DNA from: Patescibacteria group bacterium UBA1406
GTDB lineage: Bacteria > Patescibacteriota > Microgenomatia > UBA1406
Direction: 5' to 3'
Assembly: GCA_002305675.1 (NCBI GenBank)
Contig: DBQA01000003.1
Span: forward strand, 3,278 to 67,277
Length of the DNA: 64,000 bases
How positions within the stretch are numbered: the first letter of the stretch is position 1; each line of letters starts with the position of its first letter. The position numbers were made by a program, and so were the translations under genes. The notes beneath the pieces were generated by a model. That model did not search any database. It saw only the letters and a program-made list of their open reading frames with translations, and had not been told where the DNA came from. Below are positions 51,876 to 60,376 of the stretch, one piece after another.

Positions 51876-52093
51876 GGAGTGGGGCTCGGTGTTGGTGACG
51901 CTACGAACGCGGGGGTGTCCGTTGGTGTCACTGTCACCGAGGGGGTAGGACTGACGACCCTTGTCACCATCACTTCCGTCACCACCGTTTTCACAGGTGT
52001 ATCGACCGCCTGGATGGCCTTGCCCACCCTGATCCCGAAAAAGAACGCCACTACGACCAGAATGATCAACATCAGATTCACTAAGCGAGACAT
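51872..52093 (-). CDS. small membrane protein with a Thr/Pro/Val-rich tail
   Basis: MSRLVNLMLIILVVVAFFFGI.... ATG lies 6 nt after a minus-strand TATAAT (52100-52105). Confidence 0.4.
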   Translation of the reverse strand: MSRLVNLMLIILVVVAFFFGIRVGKAIQAVDTPVKTVVTEVMVTRVVSPTPSVTVTPTDTPAFVASPTPSPTP

Positions 52094-52120
52094 AGGAAAA
52101 TTATATACGGATTCGGCGAC

Positions 52121-52297
52121 TTAATCCAGTTTTTTCTTCTCTTTGTGTTCGGTGTGTTTGCGGCAGTTCGGACAGTACTTGTTGAATTTCAACGATTCCG
52201 TCGTGGTCTGCCGGTTTTTTTCCGTGGTGTAGTTGTGGCGGTTGCAGACGGTGCACACCAGGCCGAACTTCACCCGCTGACCCTTTTTCTTAGCCAT
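52121..52297 (-). CDS. rpmG: 50S ribosomal protein L33
   Basis: Not in the ORF track (58 aa). Translation MAKKKGQRVKFGLVCTVCNRHNYTTEKNRQTTTESLKFNKYCPNCRKHTEHKEKKKLD, a zinc-ribbon L33 pattern. Confidence 0.9.
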   Translation of the reverse strand: MAKKKGQRVKFGLVCTVCNRHNYTTEKNRQTTTESLKFNKYCPNCRKHTEHKEKKKLD

Positions 52298-52559
52298 TTT
52301 GTGGGGTTACTGGTTTTTTAACTTTAGCCTGGTTGAGGAGCGAAACGGGCACGAAAGGCAGTCTTTTCCCATCCCAGAACTCTTTCTTGATCTTCTTATA
52401 GCACTTGGAGCACAGCTTTACCTTCTTCTCCACTTCCTCAACCGTCCTGACTCGCAACAGGTGCAGGTTCGGCTTGAAAAATCGTCTGGTCTTGATGTCG
52501 GAATGGGAAACTTTATAGCCCTTCAAGGTCCCTTTTCCACACACATAGCATTTGGACAT
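52290..52559 (-). CDS. rpmB: 50S ribosomal protein L28 (with C-terminal extension)
   Basis: MSKCYVCGKGTLKGYKVSHSDIKTRRFFKPNLHLLRV. Start set to ATG 52559 (track start 52595 is TTG). Confidence 0.85.
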   Translation of the reverse strand: MSKCYVCGKGTLKGYKVSHSDIKTRRFFKPNLHLLRVRTVEEVEKKVKLCSKCYKKIKKEFWDGKRLPFVPVSLLNQAKVKKPVTPQNG

Positions 52560-52620
52560 AAACGATATCTTAACAAATAAGTTAAAGCATTGCAACGGAC
52601 TTTAGCCGCCGCTATCTAGG

Positions 52621-52692
52621 AGCCGAGAGCGGGAATCGGACCCGCGACCTTCCCCTTACCAAGGGGATGCTCTACCACTGAGCCATCTCGGC
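52621..52692 (-). tRNA. tRNA-Thr(GGT), CCA not encoded
   Basis: Acceptor GCCGAGA/TCTCGGC, D arm GCTC-AGTGGTA-GAGC, anticodon stem TCCCC/GGGGA with loop TTGGTAA, T arm GCGGG-TCCGATT-CCCGC. Confidence 0.9.
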
Positions 52693-52742
52693 ATGGGCGT
52701 CAGAATACATTAGTATACCGCAAATATGTTATACTGGCAATC

Positions 52743-53381
52743 ATGCTAGATACATTATTTAGAGACCCTGTTTTCTTTATCGTCTTCATTATCCTTCTCC
52801 TCGTTTCGGTGGCGGTCCACGAATTTGCCCATGCCTTTACAGCGGACAGGCTGGGGGATCCGACCGCCCGGGCGTTGGGGCGGGTCAGCCTGAACCCGCT
52901 GGTGCATATAGATCCAATAGGCCTCCTGTTCATCCTTTTCTGGGGCTTCGGATGGGGCAAACCTGTCCCGTATGACCCTTTCAATCTGCGAAACCCGGCC
53001 CGTGACTCGGCCGTCATCGCCTTTGCCGGTCCCCTGAGCAGCTTCCTTCTGGCCCTGACGGCCAGTTTCCTGCTCACCCTTCTGGGTCAGGGCGGGCTGG
53101 TGGGCAATGTTCTGACCTTCATGGTCCTCTTGAACGTGACCCTGGGAATATTCAACCTGTTCCCGGTCTATCCGCTGGACGGTTTCCAGGTGGTGGCCGG
53201 TATACTGCCCGAGGACCAGCGGGACGAGTGGCTGTCCCTGAGGCGCTACGGCATCTTGATCCTCCTGATCCTGCTGCTGCCTATAGCCGGAGGCCGTAGT
53301 CCTCTTCTGACCATCATCGGGCCGGTCATCCGCTTCATTACCGGGCTTCTTCTGCCGGGCATGCCTGACGGCAGCCTGTGA
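52743..53381 (+). CDS. M50-family site-2-protease-like membrane metalloprotease
   Basis: VAVHEFAHAFTADRLGDPTA (HExxH) and NLFPVYPLDG (second metal-ligand motif). ATG lies 7 nt after TGtTATACT. Confidence 0.8.
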   Translation: MLDTLFRDPVFFIVFIILLLVSVAVHEFAHAFTADRLGDPTARALGRVSLNPLVHIDPIGLLFILFWGFGWGKPVPYDPFNLRNPARDSAVIAFAGPLSSFLLALTASFLLTLLGQGGLVGNVLTFMVLLNVTLGIFNLFPVYPLDGFQVVAGILPEDQRDEWLSLRRYGILILLILLLPIAGGRSPLLTIIGPVIRFITGLLLPGMPDGSL

Positions 53382-53423
53382 TAATTGACCGAAAATTGAG
53401 AATTGATGCTTGAAAATTTCCTT

Positions 53424-54128
53424 TTACGGTGTCGGCGAAGGAGTCAGGGTAGTGGTGGGCGTCAGCGAGCCGGGAGGAGTGGGAGTTGACGATGGCGCCA
53501 GGTCGCCCTGCTTGGCCTGGCAGTAAGACCAGTCGCGCGAATTGACGACCCCGTTGTTATCCTGGTCGTATTTGGTATCCGTGGTATAGAACCTGGCCTT
53601 ATATTCCGATAGGACGCAGTTGGTATCCTTGGTGACCGGAGTGGTGGGCTGGGCGGTGACAGTCGCTTCGGGGGTCGCTCCGGCGGTCGGGCTCGGGGTG
53701 GTGGCCGGCCTTTCCGCGTCGGCGTTTTCGTCTCCGGAAAGAGTGGTGAAAGTCCAGGGCACGCCGCCATTATCGAATACCTTGTCCCCGGTCTTGACCT
53801 GGAAATAATAGGTGGTGCCTTTACCCAGAAGATTTAGCTCTACGCTATGCTCCTTGCTGCGGGTGGCCTCCGGGGCGAAGAAGGTCAGGGAGGTGGGCGT
53901 TGTGCCGTACTCGATGACCGATTGTGTTTCCTGGTCCGTTCCCCATTTGACCAGTGCGGAAGTTTGGGTGATGCCGCTGATGTTGACATTCTGGGGAGCG
54001 ACGCTTGAGGCGCGGGAGGTGAGGAACTCGCCCAGGAAACGGAACCCGAGGATCCCTAAAAGGAGAGCGGTGACAGCACCCAAGGCCATAGTAATCAGTC
54101 TGACCTGTTTTTCCTTGAGGCTGAACAT
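53424..54128 (-). CDS. membrane-anchored fibronectin-type-III domain protein with a dockerin/EF-hand-like segment
   Basis: NVNISGITQTSALVKWGTDQETQSVIEYGTT...YYFQV (FN3). DQDNNGVVNSRD. PT-rich tail. Confidence 0.5.
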   Translation of the reverse strand: MFSLKEKQVRLITMALGAVTALLLGILGFRFLGEFLTSRASSVAPQNVNISGITQTSALVKWGTDQETQSVIEYGTTPTSLTFFAPEATRSKEHSVELNLLGKGTTYYFQVKTGDKVFDNGGVPWTFTTLSGDENADAERPATTPSPTAGATPEATVTAQPTTPVTKDTNCVLSEYKARFYTTDTKYDQDNNGVVNSRDWSYCQAKQGDLAPSSTPTPPGSLTPTTTLTPSPTP

Positions 54129-54155
54129 AGGAAAAGTATAGAGATTACTATGGCT

Positions 54156-54803
54156 TTAGTCAAGGAAGACTTGGTCTACCGTCAGTTCCGGGTCGAGGGT
54201 GTTGTTCTCGATCAGGTTCCGGGCTTCAAGCGCCCGCCTTAGCCTTTCGGCCAGCCATCTGTCGTCCGGCCTTTCCAAAAGTGCGAAATATCCGTAACCG
54301 ATGAAGCTGTCCAGGAAATATAAAGCCGCCTCTTTCTTCTCTCCCTTCTTGAATCTGAGCACGCTGCTTGCCAGGGTCTGCCGGGTCTTTAATAGGCGGA
54401 CCGTCTCGTCCATCTCTGCCTTCGATCTTGCCTCCGGCGGCCGGGGGGGTTCAGGCACGCGGATGATCTGGCAGCGCGACAGAATAGTCGGCAGGATGCC
54501 TCCGGCAGAGCCGGCGACCAGGATAAAGCCCAGGTTGTCCTGGTGTTCCTCAAGTGTTTTGAGAAAGATGTTCTGCACCAGGTCTTTGGCCGTCCCGAAT
54601 TCCCAGACCACGAAGACCGTTCTTTTGGCGAAGCTGCGGGAGGTTAGTTCCAGGAGCTTTCTCACTTCCGCCATGGTCAGCTGGCCGGATTCCGGATTGA
54701 ACTCTATTATCCCGTTCTGGGCCACGTGGTGGCTTTCCCGGTATCCGTTCAGGTAGTTTTGAATTATTTTCTTGTCCTTGCCCACGAGAATGATGTTATT
54801 CAT
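54156..54803 (-). CDS. holB: DNA polymerase III delta-prime-like clamp-loader subunit (short, degenerate P-loop)
   Basis: FILVAGSAGGILPTILSRCQIIRV (SRC motif). The N-terminus IILVGKDKK replaces a canonical Walker A. Confidence 0.6.
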   Translation of the reverse strand: MNNIILVGKDKKIIQNYLNGYRESHHVAQNGIIEFNPESGQLTMAEVRKLLELTSRSFAKRTVFVVWEFGTAKDLVQNIFLKTLEEHQDNLGFILVAGSAGGILPTILSRCQIIRVPEPPRPPEARSKAEMDETVRLLKTRQTLASSVLRFKKGEKKEAALYFLDSFIGYGYFALLERPDDRWLAERLRRALEARNLIENNTLDPELTVDQVFLD

Positions 54804-54915
54804 ATCCTAATTTTAGCAAACAAACGGACGTTTGGAACTTCGTATCTCCCAATACTGTCATTAAGTAAGACTTATAGTAATATTTATCACATTTCTTGTT
54901 ATCAGGAGGCAATAA

Positions 54916-55050
54916 ATGCTTTGTTTCTATGATGACGGAAATGGTTCTTTAACATCGGAAGCGATTAGCTTGGTGGCCTGTGAGGATTTGGGGATACTGT
55001 CGCCCAGATCCTGTCCAGGTCGCCAAGTGAGCGATCGACATCAGCCATGA
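54916..55050 (+). CDS. SD-led 44-codon small ORF upstream of the lipoprotein gene
   Basis: AGGAGG (54904-54909), 6 nt, then ATG 54916. Translation MLCFYDDGNGSLTSEAISLVACEDLGILSPRSCPGRQVSDRHQP. Contains the hairpin AGGATtTGGG...CCCAgATCCT (54983-55012). Confidence 0.3.
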   Translation: MLCFYDDGNGSLTSEAISLVACEDLGILSPRSCPGRQVSDRHQP

Positions 55051-55069
55051 CAGTGAAGGAGAATTCACC

Positions 55070-56104
55070 GTGAAAAAGAATAGTAGTTTTATGGTAGCCT
55101 TGGTTGTGTTGCTGCTAATTCAGTTAGCGTGTGGCGGTACGCCCGCGGCTGCTCCGCCAGCGGTGAGACAAGAGCAGCCGGTAGTCCAAGCGCCAGTCGC
55201 TGAACAGCCAGTACAGCCACAGTCAGCCCCAGCTGCCAGTACTCCGGTGGTGGAGGTGCAAAGGCCAGCCGAGGATGTGGAAGTCCGCTGGTACCGGCAG
55301 CCCGCCGAGTTCGGACCGCAACAGGCCCTGTATCTGATCCCGGTGGTCGGAGCCGTGGCGGCGGCGGACAACGCTACGATTGTAGGTATTGCGGATGACC
55401 CGGTGGCGGTAGTGATCATCGCCGGGCTCTGCGCCTATGTCGTTGTGTCTTACGCCCCGCAGGCGGTGGAAGCCGTGGTAGAGGGTGCTCAAGGGCTCTA
55501 CAACTGGGCGGCAGAAGCGGTGGCACAGCAGATGGCCCTGGAGGCGTTTGTGGGCACCATGCTCGCCGGGTCTGCGCTGGGCGATAACTGGTGGCTGTCC
55601 ATGCGTCACGGTACCTGGATCCCGGAACTCGGTGTCGGATCTGAGAGCAAAACGGTGGCCGAACTCTTTTATGATGCCTACCCCGGCAACAACGGGGACA
55701 AAAAAGGGCAGAATAAAGGGCAAGGGCACTCGAACGGCTCCATCCAGTGCAAGGCCGGGATAACGACACTGGAGCGGGGGACCGTTGCCAACTTTGCCTG
55801 CCTCCACGTGGTTGGCCGAAATGCCAATTTCGTGGTGGTACAGGCCAGGGCGGCCGAGAACATGTTCGGCCAAGCCGGTTGGGAACGGATCGGACAAAGC
55901 ACCTGGTACTATTTCACCAAGGAGATCTGGTGGGAATGTGCCTGGATTCTGTCCGAGCGACCGATAAATGGGCACAGCACTCCTCCGCAGCATCTGTGGT
56001 TGAATGCCCATACCGGCTCAGCAGCGTATGACCAGATTGTGGCGAAGTACAACTTGGTCATACCGATTGCCGAGTTCCCCATCCCTCGGTTACCCTGGCG
56101 CTAG
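55070..56104 (+). CDS. orphan lipoprotein
   Basis: GTG start 8 nt after GAAGGAG. Lipobox LLLIQLAC. P/A/Q-rich linker, Ala/Val-rich hydrophobic stretch, W-rich C-terminal domain. No recognisable family. Confidence 0.5.
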   Translation: MKKNSSFMVALVVLLLIQLACGGTPAAAPPAVRQEQPVVQAPVAEQPVQPQSAPAASTPVVEVQRPAEDVEVRWYRQPAEFGPQQALYLIPVVGAVAAADNATIVGIADDPVAVVIIAGLCAYVVVSYAPQAVEAVVEGAQGLYNWAAEAVAQQMALEAFVGTMLAGSALGDNWWLSMRHGTWIPELGVGSESKTVAELFYDAYPGNNGDKKGQNKGQGHSNGSIQCKAGITTLERGTVANFACLHVVGRNANFVVVQARAAENMFGQAGWERIGQSTWYYFTKEIWWECAWILSERPINGHSTPPQHLWLNAHTGSAAYDQIVAKYNLVIPIAEFPIPRLPWR

Positions 56105-56125
56105 CTTTTGTCCGCTTCCGATCAG

Positions 56126-56152
56126 GCCCCGCCCCAAAAGGCGGGGCTTTTT
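56126..56152 (+). terminator. rho-independent terminator
   Basis: GCCCCGCC-ccaaaa-GGCGGGGC followed by TTTTT. Confidence 0.85.
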
Positions 56153-56172
56153 CGTGGTATAATTTAATTACC

Positions 56173-57129
56173 ATGAGTTCTGAAGCGGTATCCCAACACG
56201 AGTCTCCTTTTAATTCCCCTCAATTCCAGAGGTTGATCAAGCTTGCCCGAATGAAAAATATGGAACCGGAGCGAAGCCTGACGCTTCACCCGGTCTCCGG
56301 AGGCCCGCCTGTTTATGAGACCGCCTTCAGCGATACCCGACTGATCGGGGAGGGGGCGATGGCCCTCGTCCTGAGCGGCCGGCGGGTGGATGGGGCAGGA
56401 GAAGATGTAGCGGTCAAATTGCTGCGGCCGTACTCGCCCTATTTTGACCAATACGGAAAGGAGCGCATCGTCAGGGAATTCACCAGGGAGGCGGAGCTTC
56501 TGAGCGGTTCGAGCGATCCCCGCATTGCGCGTTTCCACGACCTGGCCGCCATCAGGATCGGTCAGGAACCACTCTTGGCGATTGTCAGGGAGAAATTTAC
56601 CGATCCGCTTTTGAAAAATCCCCAAGCCCCTCTTGTATTGCCGGTGGAGCAGACGATGGGAATAGCAGAGGATATGGCGGCCGCCATGGAATACGTCCAC
56701 CGTACCCACGGGAGAATAGTGACCGACCTCAGCCCGAGAAATATCATGCAAAAAGGTGACGGCTATATCCTTTCAGACCTCAACCTGACCGTGGCCGACG
56801 GCGCGGCTCCGGAGATTTTGGGAATGTCCACGACGAATATACCCCCGGAATTCAGCCGCAGTTCCTTAAGACAGACCGAAGGCAAGGGCGTGGCTACCCT
56901 CAGGACGTCCGTCTATCAGCTGGCCATGCTGGTCAACCTTCTTCTGGGCGGCCGGGCCCTGCTGCCTGAGGAAGAGGTCTTTGACGGGAGGAGGATAAAC
57001 TATGCTACCGAACTGCCTCCCGGGTTTAAGATTGTCCTGGAACGGGCCACAGCCGAAAGGCCATCCGGCAGGCAGGAAACACCCGGCCAACTGGTGGCGG
57101 AACTCACTGCTTCCCTAAAAGGCATTTGA
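56173..57129 (+). CDS. eukaryotic-like Ser/Thr protein kinase domain protein, non-RD variant
   Basis: LIGEGAMALV (Gly loop), VAVKLL, REAELL. Catalytic loop IVTDLSPRNIM in place of HRDLKPxN. SDLNL in place of DFG. NIPPEF in place of APE. Confidence 0.7.
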   Translation: MSSEAVSQHESPFNSPQFQRLIKLARMKNMEPERSLTLHPVSGGPPVYETAFSDTRLIGEGAMALVLSGRRVDGAGEDVAVKLLRPYSPYFDQYGKERIVREFTREAELLSGSSDPRIARFHDLAAIRIGQEPLLAIVREKFTDPLLKNPQAPLVLPVEQTMGIAEDMAAAMEYVHRTHGRIVTDLSPRNIMQKGDGYILSDLNLTVADGAAPEILGMSTTNIPPEFSRSSLRQTEGKGVATLRTSVYQLAMLVNLLLGGRALLPEEEVFDGRRINYATELPPGFKIVLERATAERPSGRQETPGQLVAELTASLKGI

Positions 57130-57161
57130 CAGGGGAGCGATAATTTTATAGAGTAGTCAAG

Positions 57162-57190
57162 TTGACATTTTCCTTATAAGTTTCTAATTC
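57162..57190 (+). promoter_or_regulatory. sigma70-type promoter (TTGACA, 17-nt spacer, TAATTC) placing +1 on ATG 57197
   Basis: TTGACA at 57162-57167, 17-nt spacer, TAATTC at 57185-57190, 6 nt to the ATG. Confidence 0.55.
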
Positions 57191-57196
57191 ATCAAA

Positions 57197-57505
57197 ATGG
57201 TTATCGTCAAAGATAGGCAGGGTTTCCAGAAGGAGGTCCTGGAAGAAAAGGAGAAGGCTGTTCTGGTAGATTTTTACGCCGACTGGTGCGCTCCCTGCCG
57301 GATGATGGAGCCCATCCTCGAGGGCCTCGTGAAGGACAACACGGACATCAAGGTTGTCAAGGTCAATGTTGACGAATCGCAGGAACTGGCCGGGGAATAT
57401 GGCGTCATGAGCATCCCCACCATGTATATATTCAAGAATGGCAAGGCCGTGAAGCAACTTATCGGCCTGCAGGACCAGAGATCCCTGGAAATGGCGGTCA
57501 AATAA
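57197..57505 (+). CDS. trxA: thioredoxin
   Basis: VLVDFYADWCAPCRMMEPIL, GVMSIPTMYIFKNGK. Confidence 0.9.
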   Translation: MVIVKDRQGFQKEVLEEKEKAVLVDFYADWCAPCRMMEPILEGLVKDNTDIKVVKVNVDESQELAGEYGVMSIPTMYIFKNGKAVKQLIGLQDQRSLEMAVK

Positions 57506-57511
57506 AACACT

Positions 57512-60376
57512 TTAAGGCCTCCCCGTCGGGAACGGCGCGCTGTTTGCCGGATTGAAAATGACCTGACCGGCCCTGAGCTCCAGTTCCCTGATGCCGAGCC
57601 TTTTGCGGAAATCCTCAATTTTATCGGCGACCGTTTTCAATGTCGGATTGGCAGAAAGGGCAGGAGCGAACCGCGGGTCCCTCTCTGCCATGAGCAGGAT
57701 CTGTCTGGCACAGACCAGGAAGGTCTCCGCCCGGTACCTTTCCGCCGAGATGGTGGTGTTATTCTGCCTCTGTTCCGCCACTTCATCCACCTGGTCGCCC
57801 AAGGCGTCGAGATGCTCATCCGTCTTCAAGAGCAATTCGCACAGCTGATCTTCCGTATCGGTCATGCTCAGACCGACGTTGAAAGTGACGGCTGCATTGT
57901 CTATCTCGGGCTTGGTCAACTGGTTGTTGAAGGCCCTCTCTCCGGTCCAGCCAAGGTTGGCAAACAGGGTGTCGCCGGTGATGTGATTGGCGAGCGCACT
58001 GACCGACCTGAAGAAACGGTGGCCGGTAATGCCCATTTCCTTAGCTTTTTTGTGGACGAAGTAGACCGTGAAAAGGAAAGACAGGGAGTGGGGTTCGCCC
58101 ATCCCCACCTGTCCGCTCCGGGAATAAAGGCTTTCTGTCAGCCTGGAGACATTCCCTTCTAACAGCTCGGGATTTTCGGCCATCACCCAGGTCAGGAACA
58201 GGGCCATCTGCTTGTTGAGCACGTCCTGTTTGGCAACATCCTCGGCGGCGGCTCCTTTTTCGGTGATCAGGCCGACCCGGTTCTGGATGAAGTGCCGGAA
58301 CAGGGACTCCACTATTGTTTTCTGGACCGTGGTCATATTGTCGATGGAGCGGCCCATCAGTTGCTGGGTTTCCTCATTGCCCGGTCGTCCATATATCCCG
58401 CGCAGGCCGGCCGCGAACTTCTTGTAATATTCAAGGGAGGACACGGAACAGAGTAGGTAAAATAGATGGTTCGGGTTCTCTCTGAGCTTCTCATTGATAT
58501 CGGCCACGGCCGCCTTGGTGGTATGCTTGTCCGCGCCATGTGCGCCTTCCTCCGTATTGCCGTGCGAGAACATGCCGATGACGCTGACCGCCTGGTGGGA
58601 GAGCGGACTGGCGATGATCTCGGAGGCCAGATTGCGGTAATCGGCCGAAGCGCCGGCATCGAAGTGGTCGGTGAACTGTCTCAAGGTGGCGTCCAGGTAG
58701 CTCTCCGGGCCGCGGTTGAAGATCCTTTGCCAGTAACGCATCATCACTACCGGCAGGAAACCGGTGTTGCCGGAATTGCCGTCCTTCCGGCCGGCGCGTG
58801 ACCCGAACAGTCTCGCGTCCGAGGCGGCACTGATGAGCTGCCCCTCTGACGAGATACCAAGCTCGGGGTAGCTGAACCGGTTCACGGCCGGCAAAGCCAG
58901 CATCAGGGCTGACAGGGGGTCGGTGGAAGAGAATTTTTTCACCAGGCCCAGTCTTTGCTCGCCGAGTTCCTTGATAACCGGCGCGGCATTTCGGGACGGG
59001 CTCGGAATGATCTCCCTGCCCATGATGTGCTTGTATCTGGCCGCTTCGACAAGAGTCAGTTTCAGAAGTGTTTCGGAGAGGCTCGGCCAGCCATCCTCTG
59101 TCACCAGGAGGTCGGCGACCTCATTGGTCTCTGAATCCTCGAGATTGGTCGGCCGGGCGCTGAGTGCGTCCCGGATGAACAGATGGTTGACGTCGAAACC
59201 GAAGGCCGAGAACAGACGCTGATAGTGACCGATATACGTCGCATCGCTCAAGCCCGGGGGTTTTTGGTCCGGGCCAGGTTGCCAAACCTTCCGCAATAGC
59301 GAGTCAAGGATGGCAGGATAGGCCCATTTGGACGACCGGCCCATCTCCGTCAGCTTGGTGCTGCCCTGCTTTTGCAGTTCGGCCAGTTTGCGCCGGTGGT
59401 CGCCAACGGTGGTATCCATGACGGCGTGGGCCAGGCGGTTCGTCAGATAGAACAGGACCAAGGAGGAGACTGCCTCCGCCGGAACCGTCGTCAGATCGGT
59501 ACCGTCAACATTCCAAATGACATTGTCATGGACGGCAGCAGCGGTCGACACGGAGCCAGTTGCCAGGGTGGAAAGGCGGGTAAGGCCCTGCTTGGTCCCT
59601 TTGGGAAGTTCAAAACCGCGTCCGTGCTCGGCGATCTTGGTCCCGACCTTGGAAACGCCGTATCCGGCCATTAGGCCGAGAAGGCCGATGACCAACGGGC
59701 CTATGTTGACGGTTTCGGGACGCAGTTCCGGAGCGTATTTGGCTATCTCCGTCAGAAGCAAAGGGAGGGAAGCCGCCAGAGTGGGCAGGCCGTACTCGGC
59801 CGCCTTCTTCAGAAGATCGCGCTCGAACTGGACCAGTCGCATCTGGGGCCGGAACTCGGTATCCAGGTCTCCTGACAGTAAGCTGAAAACCAGGTCGGGC
59901 GTGAGTTTTGGTGAATGTTCCAGAGTCTCGGATAGTAGTCTGACGCCTTTGGGAAGATGTCCAGGCCTCATGGATGCCCTTTGCCGGGGAGACGTCTCCT
60001 CACCGAGTAGTGAATACCTGTCCACACCCTCGACCGTCTTGGAGTCGGGCGTGTTCAGGTAGAAGGAGGTGATGAGGTCCCTGATCTTTGTCTGCTGCTC
60101 GGTGTCGCCGGCAAAAGTGGCCAGGTTGTAAGCTATCAATGGGGCCAGAAGCCATTTGCGGTCCGACCGGAAGGCTTCACCGAACAGGGGCTCGAAATGC
60201 TCGAATCCGGACAGGTGGCTGGCCTGCATCCGCTGTCTCAAACCGTGGAGCGGGCCGGGAAGACCTATCTTACCCCGGTTCCGCCATTCCTTGATGGGGC
60301 CGCGGATTTTGGCATGCATGAACTGCCGTAATTCCTCAGTGTCCAGATAGACAGAGTGGTCGGGAGTTCTCGCCAT
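57512..60376 (-). CDS. large orphan protein (954 aa), no recognisable domain
   Basis: Uninterrupted ORF. ATG lies 6 nt after a minus-strand TGcTATACT (-10 at 60383-60388). One central hydrophobic stretch (IGPLVIGLLGLMAGYGV). Confidence 0.6.
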   Translation of the reverse strand: MARTPDHSVYLDTEELRQFMHAKIRGPIKEWRNRGKIGLPGPLHGLRQRMQASHLSGFEHFEPLFGEAFRSDRKWLLAPLIAYNLATFAGDTEQQTKIRDLITSFYLNTPDSKTVEGVDRYSLLGEETSPRQRASMRPGHLPKGVRLLSETLEHSPKLTPDLVFSLLSGDLDTEFRPQMRLVQFERDLLKKAAEYGLPTLAASLPLLLTEIAKYAPELRPETVNIGPLVIGLLGLMAGYGVSKVGTKIAEHGRGFELPKGTKQGLTRLSTLATGSVSTAAAVHDNVIWNVDGTDLTTVPAEAVSSLVLFYLTNRLAHAVMDTTVGDHRRKLAELQKQGSTKLTEMGRSSKWAYPAILDSLLRKVWQPGPDQKPPGLSDATYIGHYQRLFSAFGFDVNHLFIRDALSARPTNLEDSETNEVADLLVTEDGWPSLSETLLKLTLVEAARYKHIMGREIIPSPSRNAAPVIKELGEQRLGLVKKFSSTDPLSALMLALPAVNRFSYPELGISSEGQLISAASDARLFGSRAGRKDGNSGNTGFLPVVMMRYWQRIFNRGPESYLDATLRQFTDHFDAGASADYRNLASEIIASPLSHQAVSVIGMFSHGNTEEGAHGADKHTTKAAVADINEKLRENPNHLFYLLCSVSSLEYYKKFAAGLRGIYGRPGNEETQQLMGRSIDNMTTVQKTIVESLFRHFIQNRVGLITEKGAAAEDVAKQDVLNKQMALFLTWVMAENPELLEGNVSRLTESLYSRSGQVGMGEPHSLSFLFTVYFVHKKAKEMGITGHRFFRSVSALANHITGDTLFANLGWTGERAFNNQLTKPEIDNAAVTFNVGLSMTDTEDQLCELLLKTDEHLDALGDQVDEVAEQRQNNTTISAERYRAETFLVCARQILLMAERDPRFAPALSANPTLKTVADKIEDFRKRLGIRELELRAGQVIFNPANSAPFPTGRP

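Noticed and set aside
55223-56751. 262-aa and 195-aa minus-strand ORFs opposite the lipoprotein and kinase genes; similarly 60922-61808 opposite the 1023-aa gene
   Set aside because: Shadow frames of GC-rich plus-strand genes that have an SD or promoter, a lipobox, or kinase motifs.
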